Part shown: positions 1-10,179 of the stretch, in pieces
Position numbering within the stretch: the stretch's first letter is position 1
Layout: each line of letters starts with the position of its first letter
NCBI GenBank assembly: GCA_963741495.1
Contig: CAVUID010000018.1
Span: forward strand, 110,542 to 174,541
Length of the DNA stretch: 64,000 bases
Origin: an uncultured Gammaproteobacteria bacterium
GTDB taxonomy: Bacteria; Pseudomonadota; Gammaproteobacteria; Burkholderiales; Sulfuricellaceae
Reading direction: 5' to 3'
The notes under the pieces: model-generated
Told to the model about the DNA's origin: nothing
The model's input: the letters and a program-made list of their open reading frames with translations, nothing else
The model's database searches: none
Program-made: the position numbers and the translations under genes

Positions 1-1319
1 CCCGAGAGCAGGTACCAGTGATCTTCGAGCTGGATCGGCAGCATGTAGTTGAAATACTCCTGCGCCTGGCCCTGAGCGTCACGGATTTTGTACTGGAAAC
101 TGGGGCCAACGTTACGCAAGTCGTTTTTTTCGCGCTTGGCACTGCCGGTCTGGAAAAACTTGTTCAGATTATCCCAGGCGTTAGCGCCGCCATCCTCATG
201 ACTGAAGTTCTCGATATTAAATTTGCGGAACTCGCTAAATTCCACGGTGTAAGTGGCGTCGTTGTTGGAAAGCTGGCTGGATTCCTTGACCACGCCTTTC
301 ATGTCGAAAGGCTTGTGGCTCGGGCTGAACAGATTCCAGCCTTTCATGTTGAGGCGCGTGCCGCCATCACCGAAGCTGGCCTGATAAATCGCAATACCCT
401 TGTAAATCAGCGGATGGTTGACGCTAATGGTGCGGGAAATATTTTCCTGGGTGGCTTTGTCGATCAGCGTGATGTCGCTCTCGAAGGATTTTGGCTGGCC
501 GGTGGGATAATGCTCTACCCGGAATTTATTCAGCTTGATGTCGAAGGGCAGATCCTGAACCAGGTATCCGTCGGCGATATGGATGAAAACAACATCGGCG
601 CCGGCACCTTCAGGGATGGTCACGCCGCCGCGGAAAGACAGATTGGCGGGCGACAGACGGCTAATGGCGGGTACCTCGCTCTGCGGAATATCCCGGGTTT
701 CGATGGTTTTCCAGCCCAGCAATTGCTGTGCCTTGAGCGGAATGTTTCCGTCTATCAGCCCACCCAGGCAAATCACCACAATGCCGGCGTGCGTGAGTAT
801 GTAGCCGATGCGGTGGTAGCTGCCGGCCTTTGCGGCAATCAGGACATCCCCGGCTTCATTGGGCGCGCCCAGTTTGGCGCGAAAGCCCTGACCCTGAAGG
901 TAATTGCCAAGACGGTGGGTTAATGTGGCCGCAGGCAGGCCTGTGGCATATTCAGCCCGATGGTGAAAGGCCCGTAGTGAGGTTTCTGTGGCGTGTTCGC
1001 GGAAGGTGCGCATCTCGCGCAGCATCAGCGGTGTATTGCGATAAATGCACAGGCTGGTGGAGAGGATCAGGAACGCCAGAATGAGGAGGAACCAGCTGGC
1101 GTGATAAACATCGTACAGTCCCAGCATTTCAAAAGTCTGAAACCAGAATTGGCCAAACTGCATGATGTAGTTCGGGTATGGCTCGTTTTGCTTGAGCACG
1201 GTGCCAATGACCGAAGCGATTGCCAGCACGGTGAGCAGGCTGATGGCAAAGCGCATCGAACTCAGCAGTTCATACAGGCCCTGAGCCAGATTGCGGTGTG
1301 ATGGGTTTTGATGGGTCAC
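1..1319 (-). CDS. resB: cytochrome c biogenesis protein ResB/Ccs1 (N-terminal ~440 aa; 3' end runs off the window)
   Basis: Absent from the ORF track because it has no stop inside the window. My own reverse-strand translation from GTG 1319 is open to position 1: VTHQNPSHRNLAQGLYELLSSMRFAISLLTVLAIASVIGTVLKQNEPYPNYIMQFGQFWF...THAGIVVICLGGLIDGN...NHPLIYKGIAIYQASFGDGG. This is a typical ResB N-terminus, and the gene lies directly downstream of a c-type cytochrome gene. Confidence 0.8.
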   Translation of the reverse strand, partial: MTHQNPSHRNLAQGLYELLSSMRFAISLLTVLAIASVIGTVLKQNEPYPNYIMQFGQFWFQTFEMLGLYDVYHASWFLLILAFLILSTSLCIYRNTPLMLREMRTFREHATETSLRAFHHRAEYATGLPAATLTHRLGNYLQGQGFRAKLGAPNEAGDVLIAAKAGSYHRIGYILTHAGIVVICLGGLIDGNIPLKAQQLLGWKTIETRDIPQSEVPAISRLSPANLSFRGGVTIPEGAGADVVFIHIADGYLVQDLPFDIKLNKFRVEHYPTGQPKSFESDITLIDKATQENISRTISVNHPLIYKGIAIYQASFGDGGTRLNMKGWNLFSPSHKPFDMKGVVKESSQLSNNDATYTVEFSEFRKFNIENFSHEDGGANAWDNLNKFFQTGSAKREKNDLRNVGPSFQYKIRDAQGQAQEYFNYMLPIQLEDHWYLLS

Positions 1320-1394
1320 GATATAAAAACTGGCGCGGACAAAAAAGGGTGACTTGCGCCACCCTTGTCTGTTTACGGTTGCCCGTGGATTGCT

Positions 1395-2015
1395 TTAGTT
1401 CAGGCCGGAGATGTATTCCGCCACAGCAGCCATTTCCTGATCTGTCATTTTGGAGACGATGACGCGCATCATTTTTGCAGCATCGTTGGAGCGCTCGCCG
1501 CTACGGAATTTCTTCAGCTCGGCCAAGGTGTACTCGCCATGCTGGCCGTGGAGTGCCGGGAACTGAACTGGAATGCCAGCACCGTTCGGGCCATGGCAGG
1601 AAGCGCAGGCGGGTACGCCGCTGGCTTGGTTGCCGCCCCTGTAGATTTTCTGTCCTAGCGCGATCAGATCCTTGTTCTGGGCGCTGCCGGGAGTAACCTT
1701 ATTCTGGGCGAAGTAGGCGCCCAGGTTTTTCATGTCTTCCGGTGTCAGGGCGGCAACCATGCCTGCCATGATGGCGCTTTTGCGCTCACCGGATTTGAAG
1801 TCGGCCAATTGCTTGGTGATGTATTCGGGATGCTGCCCCGCCAGTTTTGGGTTGGCTGGCGCAGTGCTATTGCCATCGGCGTTGTGACAGGCAACGCAAA
1901 CCGTCGTCGCGATCTCTTGAGCCTTGGCAGGATCGCCCTTGGCGGCAGTTTGTGCCAGTGCTGAAGATGCGGCCATTACACCCGCTATCGCCATCATCGC
2001 CATGGTTTGTTTCAT
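1395..2015 (-). CDS. di-haem cytochrome c4 family protein
   Basis: 206 aa with a signal peptide (MKQTMAMMAIAGVMAASSALA) and two CXXCH haem motifs (CVACH, CASCH), each with a downstream Met ligand region. Confidence 0.9.
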   Translation of the reverse strand: MKQTMAMMAIAGVMAASSALAQTAAKGDPAKAQEIATTVCVACHNADGNSTAPANPKLAGQHPEYITKQLADFKSGERKSAIMAGMVAALTPEDMKNLGAYFAQNKVTPGSAQNKDLIALGQKIYRGGNQASGVPACASCHGPNGAGIPVQFPALHGQHGEYTLAELKKFRSGERSNDAAKMMRVIVSKMTDQEMAAVAEYISGLN

Positions 2016-2092
2016 TCTCCGACTCCCTTAGACAGTTCTTTTGAGATTTAAAAGTTGACAATTCTATACCAAGAGTAAGCTATCATGCCACT

Positions 2093-2722
2093 TTGATAGA
2101 AAAATTTTCCATGGCTTTACTTCAGCACGCACAGTTTCATATTTCCGCCAATGATTTGCACGATCTGCCCCCGCCGTTCGGGCGCGAGGTGGCTTTTGCC
2201 GGCCGCTCCAATTCGGGCAAATCGAGCGCAATCAATACGTTGTCCAACCGAAACCGGCTTGCTTTCGTCAGCAAAACGCCGGGGCGCACCCAGCTGATCA
2301 ATTTTTTCAGCCTGGGTGAAGACCGCTATCTGGTGGATCTGCCGGGTTATGGTTACGCCAAGGTGCCGGAAAAAATGCGCCTGCATTGGCGTTCGGTGCT
2401 GAGTGCCTATTTGCAAACCCGGTCTTCGTTATGCGGTCTGGTGCTCATCATGGATGCACGCCGCCCTTTGACAGACCTGGATCGGCAGATGCTGGAGTGG
2501 TTCCAGCCGACCGGAAAACCGGTACATGTGCTGTTGACCAAATCGGACAAATTGACCCGCCAGCAGGCAACTGCCACGTTGCGCACGGTGGAGAAAGGTT
2601 TGCAGGAAGTTTACCCGGGCGCTACTGTTCAGTTGTTTTCCAGCCCCAAGCACCAGGGCATGGAAGAGGCGGAACGGGTGATTGGCAAGTGGCTCATGCC
2701 CGCCGACGATGCCCCGACATAA
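2093..2722 (+). CDS. engB: ribosome-biogenesis GTPase EngB/YsxC/YihA
   Basis: P-loop [14 protein letters not shown], then DLPGYGYA and TKSDK motifs. Divergent from cytochrome c4, as in many proteobacteria. The start could instead be the ATG at 2111. Confidence 0.9.
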   Translation: MIEKFSMALLQHAQFHISANDLHDLPPPFGREVAFAGRSNSGKSSAINTLSNRNRLAFVSKTPGRTQLINFFSLGEDRYLVDLPGYGYAKVPEKMRLHWRSVLSAYLQTRSSLCGLVLIMDARRPLTDLDRQMLEWFQPTGKPVHVLLTKSDKLTRQQATATLRTVEKGLQEVYPGATVQLFSSPKHQGMEEAERVIGKWLMPADDAPT

Positions 2723-2832
2723 ATGTCGGGCGGAATCCAGAGTTTGGGCTCGTACATATAGCACTGCCCTTGCGCCCGTAAGGTGAATTAGGGTTAAAAT
2801 GCAAATTTCCCCGCCTTCTTTAAGGAAACATC

Positions 2833-3519
2833 ATGCCTCAATATCGTATTGCGCCCAGCATCCTCTCGGCCAACTTTGCCAATCTCGGCCAGGACGTGGA
2901 CAACGTGCTCGCCTCCGGCGCGGACATCGTTCACTTCGATGTGATGGACAACCATTATGTGCCCAACCTGACCATCGGACCGCTGGTGTGCGAAGCCCTG
3001 CGCAAGCACGGTGTGACCGCGCCAATCGACGTGCATCTGATGGTCAAGCCAGTGGACCGTATCATCCCCGACTTCGCCAAGGCGGGCGCCACTTATATCA
3101 CTTTTCACCCAGAAGCTTCCGAGCATGTCGACCGCACCATCGGCTTGATCAAGGAAAGTGGCTGCAAGGCCGGCCTGGTATTCAACCCGGCCACGCCGCT
3201 GGACGTGCTGGAATACACCCTGGACAAACTCGACATGGTGCTGCTGATGTCGGTCAACCCCGGTTTCGGCGGTCAGAAATTCATTCCCTACGTGCTCGAC
3301 AAAGCCCGCAAGGTTCGCCAGATGATCGATGCGCGCGGCCTGGATATCAGCCTGGAAATTGACGGCGGCGTTGGCCCCGGCAACATTCTGGAAGTCGCCC
3401 GCGCTGGTGTGGATACTTTTGTCGCCGGTTCTGCCGTATTCGGTGCCGCAAAAGACAGCGACCCGCATCGCTTTGACTCCATCATCGCCGCGATGCGTGC
3501 CGAACTGGCCAAGGTTTAA
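2833..3519 (+). CDS. rpe: ribulose-phosphate 3-epimerase
   Basis: 228 aa: [14 protein letters not shown]...[12 protein letters not shown]...[13 protein letters not shown]...DGGV. Conserved rpe-gph-trpE order. Confidence 0.95.
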   Translation: MPQYRIAPSILSANFANLGQDVDNVLASGADIVHFDVMDNHYVPNLTIGPLVCEALRKHGVTAPIDVHLMVKPVDRIIPDFAKAGATYITFHPEASEHVDRTIGLIKESGCKAGLVFNPATPLDVLEYTLDKLDMVLLMSVNPGFGGQKFIPYVLDKARKVRQMIDARGLDISLEIDGGVGPGNILEVARAGVDTFVAGSAVFGAAKDSDPHRFDSIIAAMRAELAKV

Positions 3520-3527
3520 TCGCCATC

Positions 3528-3860
3528 ATGTTCAGGCGCGCCGTTTCACTCTTGCTGCTGGCCGCGGCGCTGCCGCTGGCGGGTTGCGAGATGCTGAGCG
3601 GCGGCGACAAAGGCAAGGACGGCGAATCCATCGGCTTTGCTTGTCGCCTGTCGGACAAACTGCCTGAAGACTGCATGAAGGAAAACAGCACCTATACGCC
3701 CACGTCTATTCTCACCGGCTGGAAACGTGCCGATACGGAAAAGAAAGAAGCTGTCCACGGCGCTGAAAAGCCGGCCGAAGAAGCAGCCGTCGAGGGCGAG
3801 ACCAAGCCTGATGGCGACCAAGCTGCCGAGTCTGCAGCAGAACAACCTGCGAAACACTAA
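3528..3860 (+). CDS. small lipoprotein of unknown function
   Basis: Lipobox LPLAGC after a hydrophobic signal. The C-terminus is a low-complexity acidic/Ala-rich tail. Confidence 0.55.
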   Translation: MFRRAVSLLLLAAALPLAGCEMLSGGDKGKDGESIGFACRLSDKLPEDCMKENSTYTPTSILTGWKRADTEKKEAVHGAEKPAEEAAVEGETKPDGDQAAESAAEQPAKH

Positions 3861-3865
3861 AATAC

Positions 3866-4555
3866 ATGACAAAACCCACTTTCCCCCTCCGCCTCAAGGC
3901 AATCGTCATCGATCTCGACGGCACCCTGCTCAACACCGCACCCGATCTGGCCGAGGCAGCTACGCGCATGGCGGCGGAACTTGCCCTGCCGCCGGTGGAG
4001 CTGGCGACTGTCACAAGCTACATCGGCAACGGCGTTTCCCGCCTGGTGAAGCGAGTGCTCACCCGCGAGATGGACGCAGAACCCGATGCGGACTTGTTCG
4101 CCAAGGCCTTGCCGATTTATGAAAAACACTACGCCGAGGTGGTCAGCCGCGATAGCCGGCCGTTTCCCGGCGTGGTGGAAGGCTTGCAGGCGATGAAGGC
4201 TGCGGGATACCGCCTTGCCTGCATCACCAACAAGGCGGAAAAATTCACTGTGCCGCTGCTGAAAGATACCGGCCTGTTCGATTATTTCGAATTGATCCTG
4301 TCCGGTGATTCGCTGCCCAAGCGCAAGCCGGATCCGCTGCCGCTGCAACACGCGTGCAAACATTTCGGCATCGAGCCGTCCGAACTGCTGCTGATTGGCG
4401 ACTCTCTCAACGACACCCAGGCTGCACGTGCGGCAGGCAGCCATGTATTCTGTGTGCCCTATGGCTACAACCGTGGCCGCAGCGTGGAAGAACTGGACCT
4501 TGATGCCGTGGTGCCCAGCCTGCTGGAAGCCACAAAACTGATGGTGAAAATCTGA
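3866..4555 (+). CDS. gph: phosphoglycolate phosphatase (HAD superfamily)
   Basis: HAD motif I (VIDLDGTLLNT), a K-R-K-P-D-P region and a GDSLNDTQAARAAG motif. Located between rpe and trpE. Confidence 0.85.
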   Translation: MTKPTFPLRLKAIVIDLDGTLLNTAPDLAEAATRMAAELALPPVELATVTSYIGNGVSRLVKRVLTREMDAEPDADLFAKALPIYEKHYAEVVSRDSRPFPGVVEGLQAMKAAGYRLACITNKAEKFTVPLLKDTGLFDYFELILSGDSLPKRKPDPLPLQHACKHFGIEPSELLLIGDSLNDTQAARAAGSHVFCVPYGYNRGRSVEELDLDAVVPSLLEATKLMVKI

Positions 4556-4671
4556 TTCATGAATAATCGGCAAGTTGAACTGAAAGGCGTCGGGCTTTCC
4601 TGGCGATGGCGTGCCTGGCAATAAGCAGTGCCAGCCGTTCCCCATTTCAGTACAACTTACGGAATCACACC

Positions 4672-6147
4672 ATGACCGAACAGGAATTCAACCGTCTCGC
4701 CGCAGAAGGCTACAACCGCATCCCGCTTACGCTGGAAACGCTGGCCGATCTCGACACCCCGCTTTCTCTTTACCTGAAGCTCGCCAACCAGCCCTATTCC
4801 TACCTGCTTGAATCAGTAGAAGGCGGCGAACGTTTTGGGCGCTATTCATTCATCGGCCTGCCCGCCAAAACCCGTATCGTGGTGCGCGGCAAACAGGTTA
4901 CGGTTGAAAGCGGCCAGGCTGTTCTTGAAAGCACCGCCAGCGCTGACCCGCTGCAGTTCATCGAGTCCTACATGGCTCGCCTCAAGGTGGCTGAACGGCC
5001 AGGCCAGCCGCGCTTTTCCGGCGGACTGGCGGGATATTTCGGCTATGACACCATTCGCTATGTCGAAAAAAAGCTGGCTGGCACAACCAAGCCGGACGTC
5101 ATAGGTGCGCCGGACATCCTGCTGCTGCTGTCCGACGAACTGGCGGTGATGGACAATCTTTCCGGCAAGATCTATCTCATCGTCTACGCCGACCCGGGTC
5201 AAGCGGATGCCTTCGCCCGTGGACAGGAAAGGCTTGTGGAACTGCGCAGCATGCTGCGTCGTCCGGTAGAAATACCCGAGTCTCGGGTTTCAGCGCCGCA
5301 GCAGGCTGACTCCGAATTCGGCGAGGATGCATTCAAGGCCGCCGTGGAAAAGGCCAAGCGCTACATTTTTGACGGCGACATCATGCAGGTGGTGCTGTCC
5401 CAGCGCATGAGCCAGCCCTACGCCGCCTCGCCGTTGTCCCTGTACCGGGCGCTGCGCACGCTGAACCCGTCACCCTACATGTTCTACTACGATATGGGCG
5501 ATCATCATGTGGTCGGCGCCTCGCCGGAAATTCTGGTGCAGCTCGAATCCGATACCGTGACCGTGCGCCCGATCGCCGGTACCCGCCCGCGCGGCAAGAC
5601 CCGCGAAGAGGACGAAGCGCTGGCGACCGATCTGCTGAATGATCCCAAGGAGCTGGCCGAGCATCTGATGCTGATGGACCTCGGACGCAACGACGTGGGC
5701 CGTGTCGCAGAAACGGGCACGGTGCAAGTGTCCGAGAAAATGGTCATCGAGCGCTATTCACATGTGATGCACATCGTTTCCAATGTCGAAGGCCGGCGCA
5801 AACCGGGTGTTTCTGCGCTGGATGTGTTGCGTGCAACCTTCCCTGCCGGCACGCTGTCCGGCGCCCCGAAAGTGCGCGCTATGGAAATCATCGACGAACT
5901 GGAGCCGACCAAACGCGGCATCTATGGCGGTGCTGTCGGCTATCTCGGCTACAACGGCGACATGGATCTGGCGATTGCGATTCGCACTGCCGTGATCAAG
6001 GACGGCACGCTGTTCGTGCAGGCCGGCGCCGGGGTGGTGGCCGATTCCGTCCCGCAAAGCGAGTGGGAAGAAACCCGCAACAAGGCGCGCGCCGTGCTGC
6101 GGGCCGCCGAACTGGCGCTGGGCGGACTTGGCGCGGAAGAAAAATGA
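4672..6147 (+). CDS. trpE: anthranilate synthase component I
   Basis: [19 protein letters not shown]...[17 protein letters not shown]...[19 protein letters not shown]...GGAVGY. I prefer the ATG at 4672 over the track start at 4606. Confidence 0.95.
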   Translation: MTEQEFNRLAAEGYNRIPLTLETLADLDTPLSLYLKLANQPYSYLLESVEGGERFGRYSFIGLPAKTRIVVRGKQVTVESGQAVLESTASADPLQFIESYMARLKVAERPGQPRFSGGLAGYFGYDTIRYVEKKLAGTTKPDVIGAPDILLLLSDELAVMDNLSGKIYLIVYADPGQADAFARGQERLVELRSMLRRPVEIPESRVSAPQQADSEFGEDAFKAAVEKAKRYIFDGDIMQVVLSQRMSQPYAASPLSLYRALRTLNPSPYMFYYDMGDHHVVGASPEILVQLESDTVTVRPIAGTRPRGKTREEDEALATDLLNDPKELAEHLMLMDLGRNDVGRVAETGTVQVSEKMVIERYSHVMHIVSNVEGRRKPGVSALDVLRATFPAGTLSGAPKVRAMEIIDELEPTKRGIYGGAVGYLGYNGDMDLAIAIRTAVIKDGTLFVQAGAGVVADSVPQSEWEETRNKARAVLRAAELALGGLGAEEK

Positions 6148-6797
6148 TCAGCCTGAGCCAGGTATGCAAACGTTATCCCGGTGGTTATGAAGCACTGAAA
6201 AACATCAGCTTCACCATCGAAAAAGGGGAGATGGTGTTCATTACCGGCCATTCCGGCGCGGGAAAAAGCACGCTGCTCAACCTGATTGCTGCCATCGAGC
6301 CACCCAGCAGCGGCAGCATTATCATCAACGGACAGAATCTGAGCCAGCTTCGTCGCGCGGCCGTGCCGTTCCTGCGGCGCAACTTCGGCCTGATGTTTCA
6401 GGACCACAAGCTGCTTTATGATCGCAGCGTTTTCGATAACGTCATGCTGCCGCTCGAGATCACGGGTTTTGATCGCAATGAAGCCGCCAAGCGCTCACGC
6501 GCCGCGCTCGACAAGGTCGGGCTGCTGGAGCGCGAAAAAACCATGCCCATCGCTCTCTCCGGTGGCGAGCAGCAGCGACTGTGCATCGCCCGTGCCATTG
6601 TCCACCGCCCCTCCATCCTGCTGGCGGACGAACCCACCGGCAATCTCGACAGCGCTTATGCCAGCGATATTCTGGAAATGTTCAAATCATTCAATCAGGT
6701 TGGCGTTACCGTGCTGATCGTCACCCACGACGAGCGCCTGATAGAGCGCTTCGGCGAACGCACCCTGCATCTGCAACACGGAACCCTTGCCGCATGA
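6144..6797 (+). CDS. ftsE: cell-division ABC ATPase FtsE
   Basis: Walker [10 protein letters not shown], signature LSGGEQQR, Walker [13 protein letters not shown]. Its ATG overlaps the trpE stop (ATGA at 6144-6147). Confidence 0.9.
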   Translation: MISLSQVCKRYPGGYEALKNISFTIEKGEMVFITGHSGAGKSTLLNLIAAIEPPSSGSIIINGQNLSQLRRAAVPFLRRNFGLMFQDHKLLYDRSVFDNVMLPLEITGFDRNEAAKRSRAALDKVGLLEREKTMPIALSGGEQQRLCIARAIVHRPSILLADEPTGNLDSAYASDILEMFKSFNQVGVTVLIVTHDERLIERFGERTLHLQHGTLAA

Positions 6798-7696
6798 GCC
6801 GCCACTGGCGCACCCTGATGGGCACCTTGCGGCGGCTGGCCGGCACGCCGCTTGCCACGCTGGTGACGGTCAGCGTCATCGGCATCGCCCTCAGCCTGCC
6901 GGCCGGGCTCTACCTGCTGCTCTCCAATCTCAGCCAGGCTGGCGATACGATGGAAACCCAGCCGCAGATCAGCCTGTTTCTCAAACTTGATGCCGGTAAA
7001 GATACGCAGCGCCAGATTGAACAACAACTCAAGGGCCACGCCGCAATCAAGACATTCCGCTTTGTCGGCCGCGATCAGGCGCTCAAGGCACTTTCTGAAA
7101 GTAATGGCCTGGGCGACCTCACCGCCGGCCTGCCGAACAACCCCCTGCCTGACGCCTACGTCCTCACTGCCAAGGAAAGCGATGTAGCCCAGCTGGACAA
7201 GCTGCGTAGTGAGGTTTCGAAATGGCCAGGCGTGGAAACCGCGGAACTCGATTCAGCCTGGGTCAAACGCCTGAACGCCATGCTGGATCTGGGCCAGCAG
7301 CTTACCTTCATGCTGGCCATTCTGCTGGCTTTCGGCCTGATTGCCGGCATGGGCAACATCATCCGCTTGCAGATTCTCACACGGCAGGAAGAAATCGAGG
7401 TCAGCAAGCTGATCGGCGCCACCGACCGTTTCATCCGTCTGCCTTTTCTCTACCACGGCGCACTTCAGGGCCTGCTGGGCGGCCTGGCTGCCTGGGTCAT
7501 CATCGCCATCAGCACCCAGCTGCTGAATGTCAGCGTAATCAGGCTTAGCAGCCTCTATGGATCAGCTTTCAGGCTGGAAGGGCTGGCCACGGGGGATGCC
7601 GTCGCGCTACTGGGATTTTCCGCCATCCTGGGCTGGGTTGGCGCCTATGTTGCTGTCAGCCATTTTCTGCGCCACTTTCACCTTTCCCACCACTAG
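6794..7696 (+). CDS. ftsX: cell-division permease-like protein FtsX
   Basis: ATGA overlap with ftsE. N-terminal TM segment, periplasmic domain and three C-terminal TM segments (FtsX topology). Confidence 0.85.
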   Translation: MSRHWRTLMGTLRRLAGTPLATLVTVSVIGIALSLPAGLYLLLSNLSQAGDTMETQPQISLFLKLDAGKDTQRQIEQQLKGHAAIKTFRFVGRDQALKALSESNGLGDLTAGLPNNPLPDAYVLTAKESDVAQLDKLRSEVSKWPGVETAELDSAWVKRLNAMLDLGQQLTFMLAILLAFGLIAGMGNIIRLQILTRQEEIEVSKLIGATDRFIRLPFLYHGALQGLLGGLAAWVIIAISTQLLNVSVIRLSSLYGSAFRLEGLATGDAVALLGFSAILGWVGAYVAVSHFLRHFHLSHH

Positions 7697-7783
7697 ATAC
7701 TTAATACCGCTTTCACTGGCGGCGGTGCTGGCGTGTTAAAGCCTGGCACGGTCTGCGGTGTGAACGATAGATTAATTTCTGAA

Positions 7784-8833
7784 TCAGCAAATCCGCGGCA
7801 ACTGCTCTCCGCTCAGCCAGTCCACGATGCGCTTGCCGCCGAAGGATGTTTCCATCTGCACGAAGGCGTGGTTGTCCGCGACCACCTCGCCAATGATGGC
7901 GGCGTCGCGGCCGAGGGGGTGGTTTTTCATGGTTTCCAGCAGCCGTTCCGCCGATGCCGCCGGGCAAATCGCCACCAGCTTGCCTTCGTTGGCGACGTAA
8001 AGCGGGTCGAGGCCGAGAAATTCGCAGGTGGCGCTGACGGCTTCGCGCACCGGCAGGCTGGTTTCCTGGATGAGCATGCCCACGCCGGATTGCCGTGCCA
8101 GTTCGTTGAGCGTGGTGGCGACGCCGCCGCGGGTCGGGTCGCGCAGGCAGTGAATCTCGGGCACTGCGGCTACCATGGCCGCCACCAGCTCATGCAGGGC
8201 GGCTGAATCGGAGAGAATGGCCGAGCTGAAGGTGAGATTCTCGCGCTGCGACATGACTGCCACGCCATGGTCGCCCATGAAGCCGCTGAGCAGAATCCGG
8301 TCGCCCGGCTGGGCTCGTTCGCCGCTGATATGGATGCCCTCGGGCACGATACCGATGCCGGTGGTGTTGATGAACACGCCATCCGCCTTGCCGCGTTCCA
8401 CCACCTTGGTGTCGCCGGTGACGATGGGCACGCCCGCTTCCCGGGATGCCGCGGCCATGGAATCGACGATGCGCTTCAGGTCGGCAAGCGGAAAGCCTTC
8501 TTCCAGAATGAATCCGGCGGAAAGATAAAGCGGTTTCGCGCCCGACATGGCGACGTCGTTGATAGTGCCGTGCACGGCCAGGGAGCCGATGTCGCCGCCG
8601 GGAAAGAACAGCGGCGTGACCACGTGGCTGTCGGTGGCCATCACCATGCGCCCGGCCGGGACGCTGAAGCTGGCCTGATCGTTGAGCTGGCGCAGGAACT
8701 CGTTATCGAAAGCGTCGAGAAAAAGCTCTTCGATCATTTGCGCCATGGCGCGCCCGCCGCTGCCGTGCGTCATGTCCACCCGGCCCTGTTCCAGGTCCAG
8801 TGAACGAATGTAACGCCTTCTGATTTTTGCCAT
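7784..8833 (-). CDS. hypE: [NiFe] hydrogenase maturation protein HypE
   Basis: 349 aa from MAKIRRRY...MTHGSGG to the characteristic C-terminal ...GEQLPRIC. ATGA overlap with the hypD stop at 8833. The upstream 94 codons of the track ORF are a spurious extension. Confidence 0.93.
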   Translation of the reverse strand: MAKIRRRYIRSLDLEQGRVDMTHGSGGRAMAQMIEELFLDAFDNEFLRQLNDQASFSVPAGRMVMATDSHVVTPLFFPGGDIGSLAVHGTINDVAMSGAKPLYLSAGFILEEGFPLADLKRIVDSMAAASREAGVPIVTGDTKVVERGKADGVFINTTGIGIVPEGIHISGERAQPGDRILLSGFMGDHGVAVMSQRENLTFSSAILSDSAALHELVAAMVAAVPEIHCLRDPTRGGVATTLNELARQSGVGMLIQETSLPVREAVSATCEFLGLDPLYVANEGKLVAICPAASAERLLETMKNHPLGRDAAIIGEVVADNHAFVQMETSFGGKRIVDWLSGEQLPRIC

Positions 8834-9946
8834 CAAACCACATCCTCTTTGTAGCGTCCGTAACTGTAATACGCCGCGCAGGCGCCTTCCGATGAAACCA
8901 TGCACGAGCCGATCGGATTTTCCGGCGTGCAGACGCCGCCGAACAGTTTGCAATCCAGTGGTTTCTTTACTCCGCGGATAATCGCGCTGCATTCGCAGGC
9001 CGGATTGTCGGCCACCTGCTGATAAGTCAGCCTGAAGCGCTTTTCCGCATCGAAATCCGCAAAACGCGGCCGGATGGCGAGGCCACTGTGCGGCACCACG
9101 CCCAGGCCGCGCCACTCGAATGCCTCGCGCACCTCGAAAACCTCTGCCACCAGCCGCTGTGCCTTGAGATTCCCCTCACGCGACACGGCGCGGGTGAATT
9201 CATTTTCCACCTCGGCGCGTCCCGTGTTCAATTGCCGCACCAGCATCAGGATGGCCTGCATCACGTCGAGCGGCTCGAATCCGGCAATCACCACCGGCAG
9301 GTGATATTGCGCGGCGAAGGGCTCGTAGGGCTGACTGCCGATCACGGTGGAAACATGCGCGGGGCCGATCACGCCATCTACATCGGGCTTCTCCGCTGCT
9401 CATGATGGCGGAAATCGCGGCCGGGGTGAGGACGTGGTTGGAGATCACGGAAAAATTTTTCAGCCCCTGCGCTTCGGCCTGCAGGATGGCCACGGCGGTG
9501 GGCGGCGTGGTGGTCTCGAAGCCGATGGCGAAAAACACCACTTCACGGTCCGGATGGTCCTGGGCGATTTTCAGGGCATCGGCGCTGGAGTAGATCATGC
9601 GGATGTCTGCGCCACCTGCCTTGGCCTTGAGCAGGCTCATGCCGCCCGAGCCCGGCACGCGCAGCATGTCGCCGTAGGTGCAGAGGATCACGCCGGGGAT
9701 GCGGGTCAACTGGATGGCGTAATCCAGCCGCCCAATGGGGAGCACGCATACCGGGCAGCCCGGGCCATGGATCAGGTTGACATTGGGCGGCAGCAGGTTC
9801 TGCACGCCATAGCGGTAGACTGCGTGGGTGTGGCCGCCGCAGAACTCCATCAGGCCATAGCGGCGTTCCGGTTGCACCTCGCGCGCAATGTCCGCTGCCA
9901 GCTTGCGCGCCAGAGCGCCGTCGCGGAATTCGTCGATGTATTTCAT
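8833..9946 (-). pseudogene. hypD: hypD interrupted by a single frameshift
   Basis: The N-terminal 186 aa (MKYIDEFRD...CGGHTHA...GPGCPVCV...NHVLTPAAISAIMSSGE) are in the frame of ORF 9200..9946. The C-terminal part (PDVDGVIGPAHVSTVIGS...CECSAIIRG...CTPENPIGSCMVSSEGACAAYY) is in the frame of ORF 8833..9372. The two frames join near 9380-9392. Confidence 0.8.
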
Positions 9947-10179
9947 TCGGGTGAGGCGTCGAGCGCCGCGCTGATTTCTGCAAACAGGGCCAGGGTTTTG
10001 GCGGCTTCTTCCGGGTCGAGCCGGTTGAGGGCGTAGCCCACATGAACGATCACATAATCGCCCACAGCCACGCCGTCCACCAGCGCCAGGGAAATGGTCT
10101 TGCGCACGCCGCCCACATCCACGACAGCCATGTCGTGTTCAAGAACTTCCGCCACCAGGGCGGGGATTGCCAGACACAT
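9943..10179 (-). CDS. hypC: hydrogenase assembly chaperone HypC/HupF
   Basis: Canonical MCLAIPA N-terminus at ATG 10179. 78 aa. ATGA overlap with the hypD start. Confidence 0.9.
   Translation of the reverse strand: MCLAIPALVAEVLEHDMAVVDVGGVRKTISLALVDGVAVGDYVIVHVGYALNRLDPEEAAKTLALFAEISAALDASPE

Noticed and set aside
18-923. 301-aa plus-strand ORF at the window start
   Set aside because: It is the antisense shadow of resB. The reverse strand gives a continuous, recognisable ResB/Ccs1 sequence, while the plus-strand product has no recognisable motifs.
8834-9115. Upstream extension of the hypE ORF (443 aa in the track)
   Set aside because: It overlaps the 3' end of hypD in another frame. HypE-like sequence starts at MAKIRRRY (ATG 8833), which is ATGA-coupled to hypD.
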